A stretch of DNA of 64,000 nucleotides, taken from assembly GCA_947302815.1 (NCBI GenBank), contig CAMYWO010000001.1, forward strand, positions 42,637 to 106,636, read 5' to 3'. Shown here piece by piece: positions 35,660 to 43,935 of the stretch (positions within the stretch are counted from its first letter, which is position 1; the number at the start of each line of letters is the position of its first letter). Under the pieces are notes generated by a model. That model saw only the letters and a list, made by a program, of their open reading frames with translations. It ran no database searches and was not told the origin of the DNA. Source of the stretch: an uncultured Clostridia bacterium (GTDB taxonomy: Bacteria; Bacillota; Clostridia; Saccharofermentanales; Saccharofermentanaceae). Made by a program: the position numbers and the translations under genes.

Positions 35660-38403
35660 AAGGCATTATCGACTACATTTTCAGACCCTCGACACACGAT
35701 CCGGAAGTCGTGAAGTCAATCTATAAAGGAATGGTAAGGACTACGCGCGCAATGGTTGCTTTTGCCATGGCATTTGTCTTCGCGTTCTTTGTCTGGACGC
35801 TCATCGAGCCTTCCGCGTTTGATAACAGTCTGCCGTTCCACAGACTTCTCTATCTTTCATTCCTGCTCACAGGCTGTTTCTGGTTCCTTCTTGTAAACTA
35901 CGCGATGAAGGATTTCGACACAAGATATAAGGTCATGCACTTCTCGAGTCCATTCCTGGGCGTCATGATCTACGGACTTTGTATCGCACTGTCGTTTGTA
36001 AACGTACACTTTAATTCCTATATCGATACGACGATCTTCCTGGCTGTATCACTGATGGTACCGATATGTATTTATCTGAAGCCTCTGGAGTACATCTGCC
36101 TTGTCACAGTCTCGGATGCGGGCATGGGACTTCTGGTTTACATCGCATATGCAAAGAAGCATATCACGTCACAGGAATCCTTTGTTAACTTCCTCGTGTT
36201 CCTCATCTTCCAGATGGTTATGGGTGTCGTCATGCTCTACACGAAGTACTGCCTGCAGAAAGAGATCGTTACGGCGAACCGCCAGCATCAGGAGATCGAG
36301 ATGCTCAACAAGGCGCAGAACAGTTTCTTCTCGAACATGAGCCATGAGATCAGAACACCGATCAACACGATTATCGGACTTAACGAGATGATCCTTCGTG
36401 AGGATGTCAGTGAGGAGGTTATGGAAGATGCCGCCAACATCAAGTCGGCAGGTAAACTCCTTCTGAACCTGATCAACGATATCCTCGATATGTCGAAGAT
36501 CCAGTCGGGCAGAATGCAGCTGCTTTCTGCTCCTTATCAGACAGGCGAGATGCTCTCGGATCTTGTCGGTATGATGTGGATCCGCGCCAAGGAAAAGAAA
36601 CTCGATTTCCATGTCGATGTCTCACCGGAGATCCCGAATGAACTCATCGGTGACGATGTCCGCATCAAGCAGATCCTGATCAATGTCCTCAATAACGCCG
36701 TCAAGTATACGAAAGAGGGTTCCGTTACTCTGTCTGTCCAGTGTGAAATGGCCGATGAGCATACCTGCAACATGATCTATAACGTGACGGATACCGGCGT
36801 CGGTATCAAGCCTGAGGATATCCCGTATCTGTTCTCGGCATTTAAACGTGTGGATGAAGATTCGAACAAACATATCGAGGGTACAGGCTTAGGTCTTTCC
36901 ATCGTTAAGCAGCTTGTTGATCTCATGGGCGGTAAGGTCACCGTAAACAGTGTCTACACCAAGGGATCCACATTCATTATCGAGATCCCACAGAGATGTG
37001 AGACTGAGTCAAAGGTCGGTCAGTACAACTTTGACAAGGCCGGCGCACTCAGCCATAAGCAGGAATATGTGCCGAAGTTCGAGGCTCCGGAAGCAAGGAT
37101 CCTCGTCGTCGACGATAACGAAGCGAACCTCATGGTCGTCAGCAAACTCCTGCGTGAGACAAAGGTGCGTATCGACACTGCTATGAGCGGCGCCGAGGCA
37201 CTCAGAAAGACACTGAACATCCGTTATGATGTAATCTTCATGGATCATCTTATGCCGGAGATGGACGGTATCGAGTGCAAAAGGAGGATCCTGGAGCAGA
37301 CCGGCGGACGCAGCCGTGAGACAAGTATCGTTATCCTGACGGCAAACGCGGATGAGGAGAACCGTGCGCTCTATGCGAAGGAGAACTTCGACGGATATCT
37401 GGTCAAGCCGGTCAGCGGTTCGGAACTGGAAAATGAACTGTACCGTCTCCTGCCGAAGGATATCGTGCATATCACCGGTAACCGCACGGAGATCGCGGAA
37501 GAGTCAATCTCCTGGATGAACGGCAGCAAGATGAGAAAGAGAGTCGTAATCACGACCGAGAGTGTTGCCGATCTTCCGCAGGAACTGATCGACAAGTACG
37601 ATATCGCCGTTCTGCCGCATAAGGTCCGGACCGCCGAAGGTATCTTCAAAGACGGAAAGGAAATCGATACCAAAGGTATCCTGAAGTATATGGAGGATGA
37701 TACCCGCTCGGTCATGACAATGGCGCCGGAAGTGAAGGAAGTCGAAGAGTTCTTCTCAAGACAGCTCACGATTGCGAATAACATCATTCACATCTCCATC
37801 TCGAGCAAGGTTGAGCACAGCGGATTTGCCGTGGCAAAAGAAGCTGCGAAATCGTTCGACAGCGTATTCGTTCTGGATACCGGTCACCTCTCGAGCGGTC
37901 AGGGTATCCTGGCAATCGAAGCCTGCCGTATGGCGGAGGATGGAAAGAGTCCGGAGGAGATCCAGGCCCGCATCGAAAGCTTGAAGAAGAAAGTACACAC
38001 GAGCTTCATCGTGGATAACCTTGACTTCCTTGCCAGAGCCAAGCAGGTCAGTAAAGGCGTGGCCAACCTGGTAAATTCTCTTATGGGAAGACCGGTGCTG
38101 GTACTTAAGAAAGGTAATATGGGACTGGGCAAGCTCTACTTCGGTTCCAGAAAGAGAGCCTGGAAAAAGTATATCAACAAGTGCCTCGCCAGTGAGAGAC
38201 CGATCGATACGAGAATCCTGTTCGTGACCTATGTCGGTATCAGCAAGCGTGATATGGATTGGATCCGTGAGCAGATCAACAAGCGTATGACATTCGATGA
38301 GGTCTACTTCCAGCAGGCCTCCCCGGCAATCGCCGTTAACTGCGGCCCGGGCACATTCGGACTTCTTCTCCGTGAGAAAGATAAAGAAGAGCGGAAGGCG
38401 TAG
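35656..38403 (+). CDS. Hybrid sensor histidine kinase fused to a C-terminal DegV-like domain: multi-TM - HisKA - HATPase - REC - DegV
   Basis: ATGA overlap with the upstream gene. FFSNMSHEIRTPINTIIGL; DTGVGIK; GTGLGLSIV; DVIFMDHLMPEMDG. From about 37540: RVVITTESVADLPQELIDKYDIAVLPHKV...VLDTGHLSSGQGILAIEACRMAEDGKSPEEI...FIVDNLDFLARA...NCGPGTFGLLL, which follows the DegV pattern. Confidence 0.88.
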   Translation: MKGIIDYIFRPSTHDPEVVKSIYKGMVRTTRAMVAFAMAFVFAFFVWTLIEPSAFDNSLPFHRLLYLSFLLTGCFWFLLVNYAMKDFDTRYKVMHFSSPFLGVMIYGLCIALSFVNVHFNSYIDTTIFLAVSLMVPICIYLKPLEYICLVTVSDAGMGLLVYIAYAKKHITSQESFVNFLVFLIFQMVMGVVMLYTKYCLQKEIVTANRQHQEIEMLNKAQNSFFSNMSHEIRTPINTIIGLNEMILREDVSEEVMEDAANIKSAGKLLLNLINDILDMSKIQSGRMQLLSAPYQTGEMLSDLVGMMWIRAKEKKLDFHVDVSPEIPNELIGDDVRIKQILINVLNNAVKYTKEGSVTLSVQCEMADEHTCNMIYNVTDTGVGIKPEDIPYLFSAFKRVDEDSNKHIEGTGLGLSIVKQLVDLMGGKVTVNSVYTKGSTFIIEIPQRCETESKVGQYNFDKAGALSHKQEYVPKFEAPEARILVVDDNEANLMVVSKLLRETKVRIDTAMSGAEALRKTLNIRYDVIFMDHLMPEMDGIECKRRILEQTGGRSRETSIVILTANADEENRALYAKENFDGYLVKPVSGSELENELYRLLPKDIVHITGNRTEIAEESISWMNGSKMRKRVVITTESVADLPQELIDKYDIAVLPHKVRTAEGIFKDGKEIDTKGILKYMEDDTRSVMTMAPEVKEVEEFFSRQLTIANNIIHISISSKVEHSGFAVAKEAAKSFDSVFVLDTGHLSSGQGILAIEACRMAEDGKSPEEIQARIESLKKKVHTSFIVDNLDFLARAKQVSKGVANLVNSLMGRPVLVLKKGNMGLGKLYFGSRKRAWKKYINKCLASERPIDTRILFVTYVGISKRDMDWIREQINKRMTFDEVYFQQASPAIAVNCGPGTFGLLLREKDKEERKA

Positions 38404-38500
38404 AAGTGATATAATAATCTTGTGATTCTGGAATACCGTTTCGAAAGGAACGGTATTCTTTTAGGGTATTGGGTACATTGTTCAGAGTATAGGGGTCCAT

Positions 38501-41500
38501 ATGAAAAAACCGTGGAATATTGTAATTGTTCTTTTGTGTTCGGTTCTTGTGTGCACGAGCGTATTTCTGCTGTCTAAGAGTGCATTTTCTCCGAGAGCCG
38601 AAGTCGATCTTCAGATCGATACCGGAAGTGAAGAAGTTCAGGTGGGAGAGCAGTTCCAGATATCTTTGGAAGCTAAGAACACCGGACGCGGCGATATGAA
38701 TAATGTTGAACTTGAACTGATCCTGCCGGAGGAGCTCGGTCTTCGCAAGAACAGTCCTGATCAGACTCGTTACTGGAACAGCCTTTCTTCCGGAGATGCA
38801 TTGTCTACGTATGTTCTTACTGAAGCTTTATCGGAAGCGGATGAAGATTCTGTAGTTAGCGAGAATACGAGTTTTCTTGGTAAAGTCGATGATATTGCTA
38901 CGAAAGTGGCACCGTTTGTGGCCGTCCTTGCGGTTCTTGGACTGGTCCTCATTTATGTGATCAGCAAAGAAGGCAAGATCCTGATGGCAGTGTCGCTGGT
39001 AGTTGCGATCCTGTGTGGTTTCCTGGCGCCGACGATTTATTATGCGGTCACCAGCAGCAGTCTTTCATATAAAGAGACAATTACCCAGGAAATCTCGGTC
39101 GCCGGAAAAACAATGACGATCGAAGGTGTCATCCGTTATAACAAGGAAGAACCGGTTTCAGAGACGAACGAGTATTATTTGGTGTATAACTCGAACGGCG
39201 GAAACGAAGTAGCATTTCAGAAAGTCAATGAAAATGAGTTAGCGACTGTTCCGGAATTCCCAAGCAAGGATGGTTTTGATTTCACCGGTTGGTATCTGGA
39301 TGAAGAATGCAAGAATCAGTTCGATTTCGATTCTCAGCATGTTACGGAAGATATCATACTGTATGCCGGATGGGTCGATGAAAGGTATGGTTGGGATTCT
39401 GATGGAGATGGAATCACGAATATCCTTGAAAAAAAGTACGGTTCGGATCCATTTGTTTTTAACGATACAAATATTGATTTTGATGGTGATTTGATTCCCG
39501 ATTATTCGGAACAGTATATTTTTAAAACAAGCTACCAGTCGAAGGATACGGATGGAGACAGGTTAAGTGATTACGAGGAATTGTCGATCACTCTGACAGA
39601 TCCTACGCTTACGGATTCGGATTCGGATGGAGTGGATGACTACAGTGCTGACGCGGATGCGGATTCGCTGAGTAATGGTGAGGAAATCGAAGCCCAGACA
39701 TGTCCTTTGATCGCAGATACAGATGCAGATGGCCTGAATGATTCTGCGGAATTAAAAGAATTGAAGACCGATCCGTTAGAGCCGGATACAGATGGAGATC
39801 AGGCAAGAGACGGATGGGAAGTTGACAACGGAAGTGATCCGCTTGCCAAGAATACAAAGTTCAGCGTATCCTCGACTGAGACATCTTCAGATGGAAAAGT
39901 GATTGCCACTGTTGATATGTCGCTGGAAGGAGACCCTGAGGCGGTTACATTTGAACAATCAGACGTTGACCAGCTGCTGGACGAAACCATCCCCGGATGT
40001 ATTGGTGCACCTTTTGTCTTAGAGGCAGACGGAGACTTTACAGAGGCTACCGTTAAGTTTGCATTTGACAGCAGCAGTATTCCTCAGGATGCTGAGTTAA
40101 CTATCTGTGTATACAATGAAGATACAGGTCTTCTTGATCCTATTCCGACAACGATCGACGGAAATGTGGCCAGCGGAACTGTTTATCATTCCTCGACCAT
40201 GGTGCTTTTGAATAAGAGACAGCTTGATGATGTATGGTCCAATGATATTCTTTCCCCAGATTCTGAAGCATACAAAGAGAGTGTATTTGATATCGCGTTT
40301 GTTATCGACTACTCAGCAAGTATGGATGACAATGATCCGGACAGACTCAGAATCGAGATCGTAAAGCAGTTTATAAGTAAGCTTCGTGACGGTCAGGACC
40401 GGGCGGCGGTAGTCAAGTTCGCAAAGTATGCGACTTTGCTCGTGCCTTTGTCCCAGGATAAGACGCTTCTGACGAATACGGTTGACAGTATTACTAATGC
40501 ATCTAGTGACGGATGTGATGATGAGGCCGGTACGAACGGGTCCGACGGACTGCATGCGGCGCTGGAAGAACTGAAGGCATCTTCTGCGGAAGGAGATTTC
40601 AAGTACATCATATTCCTTACAGATGGTGAGGATAACAACACCAGTTATGATTACGATGTGCTGATCCAGGATGCCATCGATAATCATATCACCATCTTCT
40701 CGATTGGTATGGGAGATGCAGATGAGGATCTTCTGAAAAGGATCGCAGAGTCCACCGGCGGCAAGTACTATTTTGCTACTGCAGTTGATCTGGAAGACAC
40801 TTCGAAGGATGGCCTGATGGACGCTTTCCATGACATTGAGGTATCTACGCTCGATCTGGAAACGGATTCAAATAATGATGGTATCAGTGATTATTATACA
40901 AAGCTTCTTTGCGAAGGAAAACTCAGGACCGGTACAGGTGTTCCTCTGTTTGAAGGCATTTCGTATGACGAAGTACAGAGTTCGGATGACTACGATCAGG
41001 ATGGTATTCCGAATGGCGAAGAGGTGATCGTAAAGTATGATGCGGCCACAGGAAAGACATACATCGCGGTAGTGTCATCACCAACGAATCCGGATACGGA
41101 CGGTGATGGAGTCAAAGACGGAGATGATCCTGAACCGCGGAAGAAGGGCCTTGCCGGCGGTATCATCGGCAAGCTAACACTGGTATCCTGTTACAATGAA
41201 GAAGATTCAGGCTGGACCAGCGGACACGCATTCTTTGTCTATACGAGCTATATAAATGATTCTATCGACTTTACCGGACTGCGCGCAGGCTGGCAGAAAG
41301 GCGATCGAAGTCAACCCTGGTCTGCAAGTAATATCGTCAGGGATGATACGGCAACGAGCGGATATGTTGTTGTGCCGGGAGAGAGTCTGGCCATAGGTGA
41401 TGGTGCAAATGGTGCAGGCTTTGAGAGTCTTATTGATGATAAAGGATCAAGTATCGGTCGTGGTGATACTAATGGTGTTTCGTATAATATGGAAGCCTAT

Positions 41501-41806
41501 AAGCGCTATGCGAACAACTATAACTATATTCACAATACTTATATTTCGATGGATATTACAGAGCAGCAATTACGTTCGATCATTTCATATTGCAGCAGAT
41601 CGGATGTATGTTACTGGTCGTTGACGCACAATTGTGCTACGGTAGCTGCTCAGGTTTGGAACCGGATCTCGGAGGACAAAGTCAATCCGTACTCTGCAGA
41701 ATTTATGCTTGGCGGGGTAGCGACACCAAAGGGAATGAAGATTGATCTCCGAAAGAAGCCGAACCATGGAGAAGACTTTGATTTTATCGGTGCACTCGGC
41801 CTTTGA
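38501..41806 (+). CDS. Giant surface protein: signal anchor - CARDB-like - 2 TM - Listeria/Bacteroides repeat - TSP3 calcium-binding repeats - vWA - TSP3 - C-terminal His...Cys domain
   Basis: 1101 aa. FTGWYLDEECKNQFDFDSQHVTEDIILYAGW (Listeria/Bacteroides repeat). DSDGDGITN, DTDGDRLSDYEE, DSDSDGVDDY, DTDADGLNDSAE, DTDGDQARDGWE (TSP3-type). vWA MIDAS DIAFVIDYSASMDD...IIFLTDGEDN. C-terminal SGHAFFVYTS ... YWSLTHNCATVAAQVW. Confidence 0.85.
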   Translation: MKKPWNIVIVLLCSVLVCTSVFLLSKSAFSPRAEVDLQIDTGSEEVQVGEQFQISLEAKNTGRGDMNNVELELILPEELGLRKNSPDQTRYWNSLSSGDALSTYVLTEALSEADEDSVVSENTSFLGKVDDIATKVAPFVAVLAVLGLVLIYVISKEGKILMAVSLVVAILCGFLAPTIYYAVTSSSLSYKETITQEISVAGKTMTIEGVIRYNKEEPVSETNEYYLVYNSNGGNEVAFQKVNENELATVPEFPSKDGFDFTGWYLDEECKNQFDFDSQHVTEDIILYAGWVDERYGWDSDGDGITNILEKKYGSDPFVFNDTNIDFDGDLIPDYSEQYIFKTSYQSKDTDGDRLSDYEELSITLTDPTLTDSDSDGVDDYSADADADSLSNGEEIEAQTCPLIADTDADGLNDSAELKELKTDPLEPDTDGDQARDGWEVDNGSDPLAKNTKFSVSSTETSSDGKVIATVDMSLEGDPEAVTFEQSDVDQLLDETIPGCIGAPFVLEADGDFTEATVKFAFDSSSIPQDAELTICVYNEDTGLLDPIPTTIDGNVASGTVYHSSTMVLLNKRQLDDVWSNDILSPDSEAYKESVFDIAFVIDYSASMDDNDPDRLRIEIVKQFISKLRDGQDRAAVVKFAKYATLLVPLSQDKTLLTNTVDSITNASSDGCDDEAGTNGSDGLHAALEELKASSAEGDFKYIIFLTDGEDNNTSYDYDVLIQDAIDNHITIFSIGMGDADEDLLKRIAESTGGKYYFATAVDLEDTSKDGLMDAFHDIEVSTLDLETDSNNDGISDYYTKLLCEGKLRTGTGVPLFEGISYDEVQSSDDYDQDGIPNGEEVIVKYDAATGKTYIAVVSSPTNPDTDGDGVKDGDDPEPRKKGLAGGIIGKLTLVSCYNEEDSGWTSGHAFFVYTSYINDSIDFTGLRAGWQKGDRSQPWSASNIVRDDTATSGYVVVPGESLAIGDGANGAGFESLIDDKGSSIGRGDTNGVSYNMEAYKRYANNYNYIHNTYISMDITEQQLRSIISYCSRSDVCYWSLTHNCATVAAQVWNRISEDKVNPYSAEFMLGGVATPKGMKIDLRKKPNHGEDFDFIGALGL

Positions 41807-41821
41807 GGAAAGGGGTAAGGG

Positions 41822-42028
41822 ATGAAAGATTTCTGGATAGTTGCAACCATTATAGCTTCTATACTTTTTGTTTGCTCGATCCTTGTTGGGCTCTGGTGGA
41901 GAAAAAACCATAAAAGTCCCGGCCTTGCGGAGATGATCAGTCCCAGTCTGATCATCGGTTCTATGATCGTATTGGGCGTAATCGCCGTGATCTGTCTGGT
42001 TCAAATGTTGATTGTACTTAGGAAGTGA
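41822..42028 (+). CDS. Small two-TM membrane protein
   Basis: 68 aa; two hydrophobic helices (FWIVATIIASILFVCSILVGLWW, LIIGSMIVLGVIAVICLVQMLIVL). Begins 16 nt after the giant gene, with RBS GAGGAAAGGGG. Confidence 0.55.
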   Translation: MKDFWIVATIIASILFVCSILVGLWWRKNHKSPGLAEMISPSLIIGSMIVLGVIAVICLVQMLIVLRK

Positions 42029-42031
42029 AAC

Positions 42032-42883
42032 ATGAAAAAAGTAATGAAAAAGGAAATCATACTTTTGATCGCGGCGGTCTATGCAGCATTCTTCATGTTG
42101 TTCCTGTGCAAGGCAATGTTTACTGATTCGCTGGATTATAAAATGTCTTTCATAGCATATGGTGGAGTGTTTAAGTACCATTATCTATTCGTAGGCGGAA
42201 AGAAAATTTCACTTTACTGGAGTGCGCATATTATCGGGCTTATAGGGATGATCCTGTTGTGCTGGTTTAGAAGAAACCGGTATGGCTACTCAAAAGCATT
42301 CTCTGTAATTACTGCGCTGCTTCTTGCGGTCATGGGCTTTATCGGAGCGAAACTTCTTTACATTATCGAGAACTTGCACAAAGTGACGGAGAAGGGGATT
42401 TCTATGAATGGTGTGTCCTTTTTCGGCACGGTGTTTTTTATGCCGTTGGCATTACTGATCATCGCTAAAATAGCAAAGACTGATTACAAACCGTACCTGG
42501 ACTACTGTACTCCGTCCGGAATCCTTATGCTGACGTGTATCCGGACAGGATGTTTCCTGAATGGCTGCTGTAAAGGTGTTTTCTTCTGGTACAAGAACAG
42601 ACCGGTTATATTTCCGTCGCAGCTTCTGGAGTGTGTGCTGGATCTGATTCTGCTTTATATTATCTATGCAAAACAGGATAAAGTGAAAGAAGGCAGTTTG
42701 TATGTGATCTTTATGGGCGGCTACGGGATCCTGCGATTCATCGTCGAGTTTACCCGGGATACGAATGTAACTGCGGTTGGTCTTTCCAACGGACATATTT
42801 TTTCAATCATCTGTATCGCTATTATGGTAGTACATATTGTGATTCAGAAGCAGGGGAAAACGAAGACAGTAGAGGGCAAGTGA
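42032..42883 (+). CDS. Divergent Lgt-like (prolipoprotein diacylglyceryl transferase family) membrane protein
   Basis: 283 aa, polytopic. IRTGCFLNGCCKG aligns with the Lgt G-R-x-G-N-F-x-N-x-E signature. FPSQLLE aligns with HPSQLYE. YGILRFIVEFTRD aligns with YG..RF..EF.R. Confidence 0.7.
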   Translation: MKKVMKKEIILLIAAVYAAFFMLFLCKAMFTDSLDYKMSFIAYGGVFKYHYLFVGGKKISLYWSAHIIGLIGMILLCWFRRNRYGYSKAFSVITALLLAVMGFIGAKLLYIIENLHKVTEKGISMNGVSFFGTVFFMPLALLIIAKIAKTDYKPYLDYCTPSGILMLTCIRTGCFLNGCCKGVFFWYKNRPVIFPSQLLECVLDLILLYIIYAKQDKVKEGSLYVIFMGGYGILRFIVEFTRDTNVTAVGLSNGHIFSIICIAIMVVHIVIQKQGKTKTVEGK

Positions 42884-42892
42884 GGTTTTATT

Positions 42893-43852
42893 ATGGATCG
42901 AAGATGTATGAGATGTGGTGCTGAGATAGCACCGGAATCCCAATTCTGCATGAATTGCGGAGCACCGGTATATCCGATCGTTCCTGATCCTGTTCAGGAG
43001 CAGAGTGTGTCAAGTGTAGTTCCGGATCAGGTTCCGGAGGAGGCATCTCCGGATCTGGAGCCTACGGTGAATATGGGGCAGTTTCTGCCTATTCCCAATC
43101 CGTGTGCGCCGGCTATAGATCCGAATCAGCCGGCTATGGAGCCGTATACACCCGTTGTGGATCCGAATCAGCCGGTGATGGCTCCGTATACACCTGTTGT
43201 GGATCCGAACCAGCCGGTGATGGCTCCGTATACACCCGTTATGGATCCGAACCAGCCGGTGATGACTCCGTATACTCCTGTTATGGATCCGAATCAGCCT
43301 GTTATGAATCAGTATCCGCCGATTCCTAATCAGAATACGCCTGTTATGGATCCGAATCAGTCCGCTATGAATCAGTATCCGATGCAGGGCACAATGCCCA
43401 CTAAGACTAAAAAACCTAAGAATCCGGAAGTGATGACTCGGGCGGCAAATGCCGGATTGGCAGTGGTTTTATCGTTGTCGTTGCTATTCACAACACTTAC
43501 GGTCTTTGTGTCATTCAGGAAGGATATATCCTCCAATTCTTTTATGGCCCGGGTTGTTGAGGTTGTCGATGACGGCATAGTATGGGTGATATTGTCTGCA
43601 GTGCTTCTGGTAGGATTCTTAGCGCTGTGTATCTGGATGAATGTTAAAAGGAAAAAGGAAATCGTGCTGGTTGTTTCTATTGCGTGTCTTTGCGCGGGTT
43701 CACTCTTTCTCCAGTTACAAGGGATAAATGCGATGATTGTAGCTGTTTCCGAGATGATAATGGGCGCAATTCTTCTTCTGGTCTATTCATTCCTTTCCAG
43801 AGAGAAAAAGATGACAGATAATGAAGATATAAAAGAGACAGCTGTTGCTTGA
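42893..43852 (+). CDS. Zinc-ribbon protein with a Pro-rich tandem-repeat linker and C-terminal TM helices
   Basis: MRCGAEIAPESQFCMNCGAP (CxxC...CxxC), then DPNQPVMAPYTPVV repeats, then 3-4 TM helices. Confidence 0.75.
   Translation: MDRRCMRCGAEIAPESQFCMNCGAPVYPIVPDPVQEQSVSSVVPDQVPEEASPDLEPTVNMGQFLPIPNPCAPAIDPNQPAMEPYTPVVDPNQPVMAPYTPVVDPNQPVMAPYTPVMDPNQPVMTPYTPVMDPNQPVMNQYPPIPNQNTPVMDPNQSAMNQYPMQGTMPTKTKKPKNPEVMTRAANAGLAVVLSLSLLFTTLTVFVSFRKDISSNSFMARVVEVVDDGIVWVILSAVLLVGFLALCIWMNVKRKKEIVLVVSIACLCAGSLFLQLQGINAMIVAVSEMIMGAILLLVYSFLSREKKMTDNEDIKETAVA
43118..43390 (+). repeat. 42-nt (14-codon) tandem repeat inside the zinc-ribbon gene
   Basis: GATCCGAATCAG... units begin at 43118, 43160, 43202, 43244 and 43286 (exact 42-nt phase). 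Degenerate copies continue to about 43390. Confidence 0.9.
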
Positions 43853-43878
43853 ACTTGAAACTTAAATATCTTAAACAG

Positions 43879-43910
43879 AAAAGGAGCCCCACGATGTGAG
43901 GCTCCTTTTT
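43879..43910. terminator. Bidirectional terminator between the zinc-ribbon gene and pilT
   Basis: AAAAGGAGCC (43879-43888) pairs with GGCTCCTTTT (43900-43909). There is an A-run on one side and a T-run on the other. Confidence 0.75.
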
Positions 43911-43935
43911 ACGCTCGGAATAATCAGTCGCTGAA

